Both the position numbers and the translations under genes were made by a program. This document shows positions 11,453-24,055 of a DNA stretch of 64,000 bases, piece after piece. Position 1 is the first letter of the stretch; the number at the start of each line of letters is the position of its first letter. Below the pieces are notes generated by a model. The model did no database searches. It was not told the DNA's origin and was given only the letters and a program-made list of their open reading frames with translations. The stretch comes from Eledone cirrhosa (lineage: Eukaryota). Location: the NCBI GenBank assembly GCA_964016885.1, contig OZ024753.1, positions 22,196,001 through 22,260,000 of the forward strand. Reading direction: 5' to 3'.

Positions 11453-12681
11453 ACTCTTATTCTTCACTTTCCTTAAATTACCCTCTTTACAGACTTCTCT
11501 TTCTGATTTACTTTCATTTTTAACTTTATTTTTAATTTTATTTTTATTTTTACTTCACATCCACCAGTACCCCCCCCCCCCCGTACTTTTCGATTCACTT
11601 ACCTAATATCTTCACATTCCACATTTTACTTCCCCATTTTCTTTCACTACCTGATACCACATGTCACTTTCGTTTCCCACTCCAGATATATTCTGTTGTT
11701 TCGCAGGCGATTTTATATTTGTACTAATTTATTCATATGGCTGATTTATAATCTGTATCTATGTGTGTGAGTGTGCTTATGTGTGTATACGTTCTGTATA
11801 TGTATACGAACGCCTCCGTATGTGTGCGTGCGTACGTATATATATGTGTGTGTATGTGTGTTTTTATATCTATGTTTTTTACATACTTATTTATACGTGT
11901 GTGTGTATGCGGGTGAATGTATGTGTATGTGTATGTATATGTGTGTATATGTATATGTATGTATGGGTGTGTATGTATATATGTATATATATATATATAG
12001 TCGCGTACGTACGTGTGATTAGATATACATGTGGCGATATATATATATATATATATACGTACCTCGTGTGTATGTATGTACGCATGCATGCGCTTTTGTC
12101 TGTACGTATTTGTGTGTATAAATATTTTTTTATATATATATGTGTATGTACGTACGTACCTATGTTTGTTTTCTTTTCTCTAGTGTTAATTGATTACTTT
12201 CTCTTTGATTTAAAAAAATGTTTTCATTCCCATCTATTGTTTCATTTTTATACATATATCGAGAATGACACTTCTTTTTACTATTACACTCCCTTCCCTC
12301 TTTATCTTCCGCATATAAGTGACCGCGGGTGTGTGTGTGTTTATACGCGTGCTTTCATACTCGTATGTGTATTTAATACCTGTATCTGGATGCGTGTCAA
12401 CTATATTATCATACAATTTCTTTTTCAACTCATATTATATACATATTTGTGGTCACATATACACAAATATACTTGCCCTCATATATGTACTTACGCACAC
12501 ATTTTCACCATACACATGCATTTGTACATACACACATATGTACATTTGTGAGTGTATATACATACATATACACATACCCTAACTATATTTCCTTATTTTT
12601 TAATATATCTCTTGCATTACTTTTATTTATATATTTTTTGCATTTCTTGAGGAGACTTTTCAAATATTTCACTATGTTTTA

Positions 12682-12759
12682 AATTGCCTTGTCCGACGAA
12701 CGAATGAGGACGGTTTTCGTATTCGTCTTATTCGGGAAACCTCTGGTAATGAGGTAATT
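12682..12759 (+). ncRNA. Type I hammerhead, U4C core variant (family F)
   Basis: 11-bp stem I AATTGCCTTGT/ATGAGGTAATT, core CCGACGA, stem II CGAATGAGGACG/CGTCTTATTCG, GAAA, CC-TCT-GG, triplet GUA. Confidence 0.75.
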
Positions 12760-12781
12760 ATATTGTATTGTTTATTATATA

Positions 12782-12860
<79 letters not shown>

Positions 12861-13011
12861 ATACTTTGGGAGGGTCATGTTGCCAATAAGAAACACACGC
12901 ACAAGTTGCTTTCACTCCAATTTATTATAAATTAAATTTATAAATTTATGAATTTATAAATTTCCGGTTGGTTGGTTGGTTGGTTCCACAACCAGACGGT
13001 TGTTCATATAT

Positions 13012-13055
13012 TGACAAATTCTTTCGTCACACATTCTGTGACCTCTTCAGTGACT
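13012..13055 (-). ncRNA. Degenerate hammerhead (family G)
   Basis: Reverse complement reads AGTCA CTGAAGA g GTCACA-GAATG-TGTGAC GAAA GAATT TGTCA. Core and stem II are good; stems I and III are mismatched. Confidence 0.5.
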
Positions 13056-13604
13056 GGGGATTGTTCTCTTTGTTTTGTGCCTCTCCTTTTTTCTGTCCTA
13101 CGCCATCTTGGTTTTGTGTGGGTTGTGTGTTTAGTTTGCGCATGTGTTACATCCGGGTGTCTGTGTGTGTTTTTATTTGTTTATTTATAAGTTTAATTAC
13201 ATGTTACTGGTTGGTTATGTGTGTGTGTGTTTTCATTTTGTCCTTAATTGTAAGTTGTGATGTTGCTATTCCATTCATGTTTGCTATTTAATTTTGGTTG
13301 TATAACAATATCGGTTTCAACACACGTTTTCAGATAAAGAATCTTGCTAAACAAATTCAGAAACAAAATATATATTTATATATATATATATATATATTTA
13401 GTTATATATATATATATATTTAGTTATATATATATATTTATATAGTATTTACGTATCGAGAAAGAGAAAAAAAGGGGGGATAGGTGATACATATAGTTAT
13501 TTGCCAAGTAACGTATGCCAAAGGTGCTCGATACTAGTGCCGGCAGTATTAAATATTCGAAGTGTTAATATTTAGTGGGCTAGAGAGTTAGCAGAAGTTA
13601 TTTA

Positions 13605-13644
13605 TGCCCTTGAGAAGCCCAACTGGGCGAAACGTACGTAGGTG
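13605..13644 (+). ncRNA. Minimal hammerhead, U3-A8 variant (family H)
   Basis: TGCCC TTGAGAA GCCC-AACT-GGGC GAAA CGTACG TA GGTG; stem III is palindromic and stem I is weak. Confidence 0.7.
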
Positions 13645-13703
13645 ATATTTTAAATAAACATGTTTTAACGGTCTATTCTCCGATTTTTACTTTCCCACGT
13701 ATA

Positions 13704-13735
<32 letters not shown>

Positions 13736-13780
13736 TAGGTATATATATATATATTTAGGTATATATATATATATATATTT

Positions 13781-13879
<99 letters not shown>

Positions 13880-13886
13880 TATATAA

Positions 13887-13954
<68 letters not shown>

Positions 13955-14624
13955 AGATAGATAGATAGATAGATATATAGAGATATATAGATATTTAAAT
14001 ATATGAATTTGTGTTTATATAGGCATGATATATGTAAAACATATGAGTGTATATATGTATAGAGCATTAAATATATATGTATATATATACATATATATAT
14101 ATATATATGTGTGTTTGTGTGTGCGTGTGTGTGTCTGTGCGCGCGTGTATAGACCATTATATATAATTGTGTGTGTGTATTATCACACACACATATGTAT
14201 ATCGATTTCTTTCTAACAGATTGACGTCAGACATTAGTCGCCATATTGCTGTACATAACGAAAAGCTTGTGATAAACAAAGGCAAGAGAAGTAAGGTGTA
14301 TGGTTATTTTAAGCAGCAGAGCAGGAATAGAAGTTTCTACTTCTCTTCTCTTTGTTTGTCTCTTGCTTTACATTGTTTGTATATTTAGCCTTTCTTTAAC
14401 TCTTATACAATCAGCTATGTAAACCATAAGAACTGGCTAGCTATTCTGCAATATCGTCCAGATATCGTGGTGGGTGTTATGATGTTTGGTTTGGAGTAGC
14501 CTTTACTGTTACTGTTGTGCTGTAGTAAAAAAATTAACAGTTCCATTCTTTCCAAATTCAACTCTACCAGTTAAGAAGTTAAGTACCGAAAGACTTGCTT
14601 GAGGGTGGGTATTCTTCTATGAGG

Positions 14625-14828
14625 ACCTTCTGCTGTCCAGCTCTCCTCAGAATTTCTTCTCTGAAGACCCCCCTGCTGTCCAGCTCTCCTGGGAATTTCT
14701 TCTCTGAAGACCTTCAGCTGTCCAGCTCTCCTGGAAGTTTCTTCTCTGAAGACCTTCAGCTGTCCAGCTCTCCTGAGAGTTTCTTCTCTGAAGACCCGCT
14801 GCTGTCCAGCTCTCATGGGAGTTTCTCA
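14625..14828. repeat. 42-bp minisatellite, ~5 copies
   Basis: Unit TCTGAAGACCTTCAGCTGTCCAGCTCTCCTGGAAGTTTCTTC. Confidence 0.9.
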
Positions 14829-15147
14829 TCACTCCTGTATTGCTGTAGTGAAACTTTACCAATTCAATTCTTGTCAAATTCAACGCATTTAGTTATTCTT
14901 TCGGTGTCGCTAGATAAAATACATACTAGATGGTGGGTTAGTGGATATATTGGACAAGATTAAATGTGGTATCTGATGACAAAAATTGCTGCAAAAAATT
15001 GCTGCAAAAAATTGTCTCGTGGAGAGAGTAGACATATATCTTGGCAACCGATAGTCTCACATATAAACTAATCTTTATAACCGATTAAAGTTGTGCAATC
15101 CACACAATTGATGCACGAGTTCATATGGCCTTCGCTAATATTTACTC

Positions 15148-15191
<44 letters not shown>

Positions 15192-15917
15192 TATACGTTT
15201 AACAAATATATAAAACGTTTATATATTTGTAGTTACAAGCGTAAAATGAGATTTATCTAGGAGAATATTGTTTAACCCAATCTCGAATCACCCTTTTATA
15301 ATATGTTAGTGTGGTAAAAAAGATATTTCATTACTAAACAAACCTCGTTGAAAATGTTGCTTTTTTTTTCTTCTTCATAAATGTCGGTTTTCTTGGTTTT
15401 TATCTATTTTGTTGGTGCTGAGCAGACACGTATTAGTGATTAAGCAAGAGGAAATGATTGGTGAAAAAGCAAACTTTGCAGCAGACAGAAATAACGATAA
15501 AATTTCCCAAAGTAGACTGTATTGATTAAATAAGAACATGAAAGAAGGAAGGAATAAAAACAAAAACAACAAAACAAATCTAAATAATAACATTGCTAAC
15601 ACCAATCACAACCAATTACGACAAAATAATACTATAACTAAAAGACGAAACAAAAAAAACAACAAAACCAAAACCGAAAAGAATATAAAACAGACCAAAA
15701 TTGTTGACAGTGAAGTCTGGATAATTGGAAATATTTTATTGAATTCAGTATCCTCTGCGATTCCATGTAGAATTCTTCAACCATCTATGATACCACCGCG
15801 TTTCTATTACAGTAAAAAATGTTGTTCTTAGATATAATCCCATGTACTTTAGTATACCTGAGCACATATTTCATTTCATCGCAATAATATATTTTTACAA
15901 ATGATATTAGTGTGTAA

Positions 15918-16145
15918 GGTGGGAAATTGGCAGAGTTGGTATTTGTTTTAGTTCTCTACTCTTTCAGTTCAAAACCCGCCGAGGTCAATTTTACCTTTCA
16001 TCCGTTCGAGATCGATAAAAAAGTACCAGTCAAGTATTAGGGTTGATTCTTCCTCTATATCTCTGGGAGAAATCTGTTGCATTCAGACCTGGAGACGAGG
16101 TGGGCGCCGTCAGGTTTTAAAATTTCCTAAGAAACGCCGTATAAG
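15918..16145 (+). mobile_element. tRNA-derived SINE with a Meta/Sauria-like central domain
   Basis: A-box-like TTGGCAGAG, B-box GTTCAAAAC, then GAGGTCAATTTTACCTTTCATCCGTTCGAGATCGATAAAAAAGTACCAG. Related copies lie at ~16195, ~23918 and ~57700. Confidence 0.7.
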
Positions 16146-16194
16146 GCGCTCCTATGAGTCCTCTTGGAATGAAGAGACCATCCATGCATTAGTA

Positions 16195-16380
16195 TGGTGG
16201 GTTGGTAGAATCGTTAAAGCTTTGGAGAAAATACTTAGCGGTATTTAGTTAACTTTCTGTGTTCAAACTCCGCCCAGTTTGATTTCGCATTTCATCTGCT
16301 TCAACGAAATTAAGTACACTTTAATTACTTTGGTTTCAACTAACGGCTACCTCCAAAGTCTTGGTCTTATGTCTATGCTA
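16195..16380 (+). mobile_element. Degenerate copy of the same SINE family
   Basis: GGTGGGTTGGTAGAATCGTTA...GTTCAAACTCCGCC...TTTCATC...TAAGTAC. Confidence 0.55.
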
Positions 16381-16673
16381 AAAACATTTTCATCGTTGAT
16401 ATAAATAGTGGTGTGCTCATGCACGGAGATTCAATAATATAGGGTGAAGACCCTGAGAGACAAAAGAAAAAGCGATGGTAACTTCTTTTCCATCCCTAAG
16501 GGTGATTTTATAAGCTATGTTATAACATATCCACTGTTTATATTGACTTTACCCCCGGTGCTTCGCAAAACTCCGAGAGATAGGCTACGTATATTATTTA
16601 AATTAATTTGGCGGTAGCTGACAAAATCGGTTTGTCTTTGATTGTATTACAGAGTATGTCCTGGAGGATTTCT

Positions 16674-17660
16674 CAGGTGTTGCTGTGAAATAACACGTTA
16701 GTTGGTGATAACTACGTCGTCATGAGGTGTTGCTGTGAGATAACACGTTAGTTAGTGATAACTACGTCGTCATCAGGTGTTCCTGTGAGATAACACGTTA
16801 GTTGGTGATAACTACGTCGTCATGAGGTGTTGCTGTGAGATAACACGTTAGTAAGTGATAACTACGTCGTCATCAGGTGTTCCTGTGAGATAACACGTTA
16901 GTTGGTGATAACTACGTCGTTATCAGGTGTTGCTGTGAGATAACACGTTAGTTGGTGATAACTACGTCGTTATCAGGTGTTGCTGTGAGATAACAGGTTA
17001 GATGGTGATAACTACATCGTTATCAGGTGTTGGTGTGAGATAACACGTTAGTTGGTGATAACTACGTCGTTATTAGGTGTTGGTGTGATATAACACGTTA
17101 GTATAGTTGGTAATAACTACGTCGTCATCAGGTGTTGCTGTGATATAACACGTTAGTTGGTGATAACTACGTCGTCATCAGGTGTTGCTGTGATATAACA
17201 CGTTAGTATAGTTGGTGATAACTACGTCATGAGGTGTTGCTGTAAGATAACACGTTAGTATAGTTGGTGATAACTACGTCGTCATCAGGTGTTGCTGTAA
17301 GATAACACGTTAGTATAGTTGGTGATAACTACGTCGTCATCAGGTGTTGCTGTAAGATAACACGTTAGTATAGTTGGTGATAACTACGTCGTCATCAGGT
17401 GTTGCTGTAAGATAACACGTTAGTATAGTTGGTGATAACTACGTCGTCATCAGGTGTTGCTGTAAGATAACACGTTAGTATAGTTGGTGATAACTACGTC
17501 GTCATGAGGTGTTGCTGTAAGATAACACGTTAGTATAGTTGGTGATAACTACGTCGTCATCAGGTGTTGCTGTAAGATAACACGTTAGTATAGTTGGTGA
17601 TAACTACGTCGTCATCAGGTGTTGCTGTAAGATAACACGTTAGTATAGTTGGTGATAACG
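16674..17660. repeat. 50/55-bp minisatellite, ~19 copies
   Basis: Unit CAGGTGTTGCTGTGAGATAACACGTTAGTTGGTGATAACTACGTCGTCAT; later units carry a 5-bp TAGTA insertion. Confidence 0.95.
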
Positions 17661-17744
17661 ACATTCAATCAGCCATTGAAAACCTTAGTATAGGTGTCGC
17701 ATGTAGACGCATGGCGTTTCCTTATCTCAAAATGTCTCTACATC

Positions 17745-17960
17745 TTTTCGAAGATGCCGATCAATTTCAGTATCTCGGCACTAGGTTCACTGCAACGGGT
17801 CAATGTAAACACGAGATAGATGTTCACTTGAACCATATGACTACTGCATTCCGTTGTATTCAGGGCCGACTATCGACAAGGTCAGAAACAGATTTGGCCA
17901 AACAAATCCAATTCCATCGAGCGCTCGTTTGAACCATACACCTCTATGGCTATGGGATGG
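17745..17960 (+). pseudogene. RTE-like LINE reverse transcriptase C-terminal fragment
   Basis: DQFQYLGTRFTATGQCKHEIDVHLNHMTTAFRCIQ...IQFHRALV*TIHLYG follows the FxYLG..G....EI..R...A..AF..L...K..IY.A.V...LLYG pattern. Confidence 0.75.
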
Positions 17961-18407
17961 AACCGTCTAAAGCCGATGGACTAGGTCTACCACTCAACAT
18001 CAGTACATCTATAAGATTTCGCTCACACAGTTTTGGTTGAAGTAAGACTGTGGTAGAAGGCCCCTGCTGCACTCCCCACACACAGTGTTAAATAAAAAAA
18101 AGCTTATAGTTGCGATGTAAACTTCTCCGTCATAGAATCACGTTTGTTTTAAACATTGGTTTAGAATAGAACAAAGGGATTTAACTGCAGTTTCTAGCAG
18201 TTTAAGCCAGTGGCTACATCAAAGTCCCCAATATTGTGATATCGTATGGAAATGATACAATAAAATTATTTACTCTATTTTTATAAAATAAAATATACAT
18301 CCATTCACACACACACACACAGAGGCAAACACACACACATACACACATATACATATACATATACATATATGTATATATATGCTTATATATGTATATGTAT
18401 GTATATA

Positions 18408-18471
<64 letters not shown>

Positions 18472-18598
18472 GATAAATCTACCAAAATATACGGTGGTGT
18501 CCAATCCGTATGAAGAACTCAATGTAATCCAAATATCATGAAAAGAGAAGATGTATTCAAAAAGTTTTTAGATGAAAATCACAAGAAAACAGAGTCAA

Positions 18599-18993
18599 GA
18601 TAAATTAATAAAAACAATGAATAAAAACAAAGAAACAGTTCCTTATATTAAAAAATTCATCATTTTGCGATCGTTTATAGGATATATATGTGTGTGTTGG
18701 TATCATATAGATCTATGTAAAAATATTACAAACTATCAGAGGAAATATACATACCTACACATATATATGCTGCCTTCAGAAATAATGTATTATCAGAAAT
18801 AATGTATTATTATTTCTGAAGACAGCATATATATGTGTAGGTATGTATATTTCCTCTGATATTTTGTAAAATTTTTACATAGATCTATATGATATACATA
18901 CCAACACACACATATATATCCTAGAAACGATCGTAAAATGCTGAATTTTTAATATAAGGAACTGTTTTTTGTTTTTATTCATTGTTTTTATTA

Positions 18994-18999
<6 letters not shown>
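18599..18999. repeat. Near-palindrome of two ~190-bp family B arms
   Basis: 18599-18790 is the reverse complement of 18805-18999. The left arm holds a mutated HHR (CTGAAGG, TAAA, GCA). Confidence 0.9.
18811..18940 (+). ncRNA. Type I hammerhead with ~100-nt stem II (family B)
   Basis: TATTT CTGAAGA (18816-22) ... GAAA (18924-27) CGATCG TA AAATG. Confidence 0.75.
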
Positions 19000-19065
<66 letters not shown>

Positions 19066-19240
19066 CAGTAGTAAAGATATAGAAAATCTGGTTTATCATT
19101 AAAGTTTCAAGCTGCTGACTCAGCGACGATATTTTGCTAAGGTGAGCAAATAATTTGGAAAGATTGCCAAACTTTAAGGGAAAATATCTCATTCTCACAC
19201 ACCTCTCTCGCAGCACTGTTCCCTCATTCCATTCCCCTAT

Positions 19241-19294
<54 letters not shown>

Positions 19295-19466
19295 TTGTAT
19301 ACACTGTGTGTGTGTTTGTGTATGTGTGTATGTGTGTGTATATATGCATGTAAATGGCACGTAATCGCCGGGGATTCCTCGGTCCGTGTTTCGAGACACG
19401 TATGCATATGCATATATATACATGTACACACACACACACACACACCATCACATACACGCCTCCCCC

Positions 19467-19497
<31 letters not shown>

Positions 19498-19499
19498 CG

Positions 19500-19895
19500 T
19501 ACGAAAATAGAAAAACTCGGCGTAAGGAAGTTATTAAAACAACAAAATGCCGTCCAAACGGAGGTAAAATATTACCTCGAAGGACAGAAATCAGTGGCTC
19601 GAGGTGCTGGAATCGTATGGACCTGCATCAGTTTCGACGATGAATATTCATTTCGATCAACGGCACAGCCTGCTCATTAAATCACACTGTGTAAGGCTCA
19701 GTTTAGCATTGACACGTGTACCATTAATCTAATTAATAGGGAGAGTCAAGGTGAGAGTCAGTGTTTGACGGGTTTCAGGTACAACCCATTCGACAAGACA
19801 TACGTCTATCCGAGGCTATTGTTAATGCTGTGGTATCGAACCGAGAACATAACGGTTGCAAAAACAACTTCTTAACGATTCGGTCATTCTGTGTC
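19500..19895 (-). mobile_element. Probable degenerate tRNA-derived SINE
   Basis: Reverse complement begins ATGACCGAATCGTTAAGAAG...GGTTCGATACC, which is A/B-box-like. Boundaries are approximate. Confidence 0.45.
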
Positions 19896-20069
19896 CAAGC
19901 TTGACAGTCTTCCCGTTTGGCGGAAGTAGGCCCCTCATCTAGGATGCTATATGCTGTGACACATTCTCTAGCAGCAACATGATGCTTTCGGCTACCAACC
20001 CCGGCTTCGCTACCCGCCAGGCCGAAGAGAGCAATCAGAATACTAGCCGCTCTCTGATAAGATTTGTGG

Positions 20070-20200
20070 TTGAGCCTCATAGGATGTGGCTCATCATGAG
20101 TTGAGCCTCATAGGATGTGGCTCAGTATAAGGTGGGCCACATAGGATATAGCTCAGTATAAGGTTGTCCCCATAGGATATAGCTCAGTATAAGGTGGGCC
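20070..20200. repeat. ~30-bp tandem repeat, ~4 copies
   Basis: CATAGGAT(G/A)T(G/A)GCTCAGTATAAGGT recurs. Confidence 0.8.
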
Positions 20201-20603
20201 GCACTACTGACAAATTCAAAGCAATTTGAAAATTAGGCGTGCCATTCAGAAAGCCAAACGAGCCGTATGCGTCTCGCGGGCCGCAGTTTGCCCGTTACTG
20301 ATCTATAACGAATGAAACCGAAATATTTTTACATTTTAATGTTTTCATTTTTTATATTATATTCACTCATTTGTCGTTTTTAACGTACGCCATAACCGTA
20401 TTAAAAAACAACCTTAGTATCTGCTGCGTTATATCATCTTAACCAAGGGCATGGCAGCATCTGACACCTTGATCTTTCACATTTAACAGAATAAATAGCA
20501 AAATTCCCCACCAGATGAATTAAAACATGTAAACGCATATACACCAACATATGTATATACATGTATGTGTATACACACACACACACACACAGACGCACGT
20601 ACA

Positions 20604-20665
<62 letters not shown>

Positions 20666-21216
20666 CATATATATATATATATATTCACATACTTATATAC
20701 GCGTGCATGTATTTGAATATAATATATATATACACATATACGTGTGTGCGTGTTTATATACAGGCTTACACACGCACACACGCACACACACGCACACACA
20801 CACGCACACACACACACAGAAATTGTTCGCCATGCTTCCTGTTTGATATTTCTTTTACCCCATCAAACAGGAAATTGCTAGTGTAAGAAAAACAACACAA
20901 ATAATATGAAAAATATAAAAACTAAGAAAAGCCGACATTCTTCCATGTTTGTGAAGATGTTGAAAATTGCAGGAGAAACTGAGATAGAAGATTCTTGTCT
21001 ACTTTAATGCCAAGGTAAGATAAACGTAGACGAATTCTTCACCCCAGATATAGTCAATAACTGTTATTGAAAGAAAAATATACAATAGATGGGGTATCTA
21101 CACACATATATATATATATATATATATTGCCAGTCTGCACATATATATATTGCTAGACCTGGAATACCACAAATCAAAGACGTACTCAATACAGGGTATG
21201 ATGCAGAGTGGATATA

Positions 21217-21340
21217 TTAGTGAAAGTAGAGGATCTACCGCGAGCTCGGCGGTATCGGATAGTTACCTCTTCTAGTCTTCATTACAAGAGCTAACTAGCC
21301 GAAACTGTCGAGCTCGCGGTAGATCCTCTACTTTCACTAA
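21217..21340. repeat. 124-bp imperfect palindrome containing the 3' half of an HHR-like motif
   Basis: TTAGTGAAAGTAGAGGATCTACCGCGAGCTCG ... CGAGCTCGCGGTAGATCCTCTACTTTCACTAA; the right arm includes CC GAAA CTGTC GAGCTC. Confidence 0.85.
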
Positions 21341-21362
21341 CACACACACACACACACACACC

Positions 21363-21395
<33 letters not shown>

Positions 21396-21421
21396 GTATA
21401 TATACATACATACATGCGCAC

Positions 21422-21620
21422 ACAGGGTTGTTCAGTCCTTTGAGGATATTTGCATGGATTTAGTAAAAGATGCATAAGTCATGGAAGAAGAGATTCCTCT
21501 GAGGAAAGAAATTAGCATGAATAATCCTTTGACTTATCTTGACGCATCTATCTCAAGGAATCCCCTCTTATCCTCGATCACTGCTTCAATAGGACGTCTG
21601 AAATGTTGACATGACCGAAC
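21422..21620 (-). mobile_element. Possible Tc1/mariner 3' remnant
   Basis: Minus strand reads RSCQHFRRPIEAVIEDKRG, resembling transposase C-termini (C..FR.R.EAVI...GG), with a CAGGGT TIR-like end. Confidence 0.45.
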
Positions 21621-21904
21621 CAGATGGTTTTATATATTTTAGACATTGTGTTAGTTATGTCAGACTCCAGAAATGTTATTGTGTTATGGGAACATGGATT
21701 GATTTCCTTCTCTGGAAGAAATTTGCTGAATTCCGACCTGGAGAGGAGATGTGCTCCACCTGGTTAAAAGCCTAGAGACGCCGAGTGTTGATACGGTTCC
21801 CCTACAACTCCCTCAGGACTTACGGGCTCATGCACGCATTCAATAGATTGTTTTTCCATTGAAGAGATTTTCATCATATTTTATCTCGTAGAGAGGGGAA
21901 AATA

Positions 21905-22278
21905 CCGCACATTGTAGAACTGTCATAGGACACTGGATGGGTGAAGGGGTCTCACATTGTAGAACTGTCATAGGGCACTGGATGGATGAAGGGGTCGCAC
22001 ATTGTAGAACTATCATAGGGCTCTGGATGGGTGAAGGGGTCGCATATTGTAGCACTGTCATAGGACACTAGATGGATGAAGAGGTCGCACATTGTAGAAC
22101 TGTCATAGGGCTCTCGATGGGTGAAGGGGTCGCACGTTGTAGAACTGTCATAGGGCTCTGGATGGGTGAAGGGGTCACACACTGTAGAACTGTCATAGGG
22201 CTCTGGATGGGTGAAGGGATCGCACATTGTAGAACTGTCATAGGGCTCTGGATGGTTGAAGGGGTCGCACATTGTAGA
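21905..22278. repeat. 45-bp minisatellite, ~8 copies
   Basis: Unit CACATTGTAGAACTGTCATAGGGCTCTGGATGGGTGAAGGGGTCG. Confidence 0.95.
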
Positions 22279-22524
22279 GTGGCTTATAGTGTTGAATACT
22301 TAGACGCTGGTCCTGAATAAAAGAGTTAATGTTTAAGAGAGAAAAGGTAAAGAAATGGTTATATAGATAGAGAGATAAATAGACTTGTTTGGTTGGTTAC
22401 GTATAGCGATAGATATGTTTCTTTATTAGCCACAGGGGCACAAAAGAAGGGGACAAATACAAAGGAGGAAGTTTACATACAATAAAAATAGATAGATAAT
22501 CGGAAGTTTTCTCTCTCTCTCTCT

Positions 22525-22606
<82 letters not shown>

Positions 22607-22748
22607 CTCTGAGATTCTGTCGTCATCAACGAATCCGGTTACATGGTGAAATCATGATTGATCTTTTACCAAAAACATCACAAAGACACGTTCTTTGGTC
22701 AGCTTGGGATTTCAACGTTATAATTACTTGACAATATTTTATCTCGTT

Positions 22749-23293
22749 ATCAGGATTAGTTAATTAGGGGAACATATGATATTAGGATTAGTTAATTAGG
22801 GGAACATATGATATTAGGATTAGTTAATTAGGGGAACATATGATATCGGGATTAGTTAATTAGGGGAACATATGATATCGGGATTAGTTAATTAGGGGAA
22901 CATATGATATCGGGATTAGTTAATTAGGGGAACATATGATATCAGGATTAGTTAATTAGGGGAACATATGATATTAGGATTAGTTAATTAGGGGAACATA
23001 TGATATCAGGATTAGTTAATTAGGGGAAGATATGACACTGGGATTAGTTAATTAGGGGAACATATGATATTAGGATTAGTTAATTAGGGGAACATATGAT
23101 ATTAGGATTAGTTAATTAGGGGAACATATGATATCAGGATTAGTTAATTAGGGGAACATATGATATTAGGATTAGTTAATTAGGGGAAGATATGACACTG
23201 GGATTAGTTAATTAGGGGAACATATGATATCAGGATTAGTTAATTAGGGGAAGATATGACACTGGGATTAGTTAATTAGGGGAACATATGATC
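22749..23293. repeat. 32-bp minisatellite, ~17 copies
   Basis: Unit AGGATTAGTTAATTAGGGGAACATATGATATT. Confidence 0.95.
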
Positions 23294-23427
23294 AAGAAAA
23301 GAAGCTTTATTTCCTTCTAAATTTTTATGTAACGTAAAGAAATTGTACTCCATTGTTTGAAAGTGTTGAGTTTAGCTAAAACAGAAGGTGGTGGAGGCGT
23401 AGTGGTCAGGGTGTTGGCTAAGACAGC

Positions 23428-23690
23428 AGTGGAGGCGTAGTGGTCAGTGTGTTTAGCTAACAATCGTAAGGTCGTGGGTTTGATTTCCTGACTGGGAGCT
23501 GCATTGTGTCCTTCAGCAAGACACTTTATTTCACGTTGCTTCAGTTTAGTCATATCGTGTTACGCTGAATCTACCTGAGAACTACGTTAAGGACGCATGC
23601 GGCTGTGGAATGCTGAGTCACTTACATGTTAATTTCATGAACAGACAATTCCATTGATTGAATCGACTGGAGTACTCGGTGCCGAAGGTC
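23428..23690 (+). mobile_element. tRNA-derived CORE-like SINE
   Basis: A-box GGCGTAGTGGTC, B-box GGTTTGATTTCC, then TGTGTCCTTCAGCAAGACACTTTATTTCAC. Confidence 0.7.
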
Positions 23691-23917
23691 ACGTGTCACT
23701 TGAATGCTTACACGGAGGCAGAGTTACATTGATGGAATCAACTGAAGCAGTCGTCGTCAGAAATGACGGTGGGGCGGGGGGAGGGACTAAGAGAGAAAAT
23801 CAGGGAAAGAGGGAGAGAGAGAGTCAGAGAGAGAGGGAGAGAGAGTCAACTTTATATCTTAAATATTTATTCCGACCTTTTCTGTAAGGAGTTCAAATCT
23901 CGCCGTGGTTTACTGAG

Positions 23918-24055
23918 GGGGTGAATTAGCAGAGTTGTTAGTGCGTAAGATAAGTTGACTCCAGTATTTGTTCCAGTGCTTTCTGAGTTCAAATCCCACC
24001 GAAGTCAACTGTGCTTTTCATCTTTTCGAAATCGACAAAATAAAGAACCATTTTA
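23918..24055 (+). mobile_element. SINE copy (family of 15918/57700)
   Basis: GGTGAATTAGCAGAG...GAGTTCAAATCCCACCGAAGTCAAC...TTTCATCTTTTCGAAATCGACAAAATAAAG. Confidence 0.65.

Noticed and set aside
14571-14963. ORFs over the 42-bp repeat (similarly those over the 45-, 21-, 25- and 58-bp arrays)
   Set aside because: They are products of repeat periodicity, with no splice or domain support.
14968-15035. CTGATGA at ~14973
   Set aside because: There is no matching stem II, GAAA or stem I.
16674-17660. CRISPR-like appearance of the regular repeats (also 22749, 53567, 59043)
   Set aside because: There are no unique spacers and no cas genes, and the context is eukaryotic.
23428-23500. tRNA gene
   Set aside because: A and B boxes are present but no cloverleaf forms, and the sequence continues into a SINE body.
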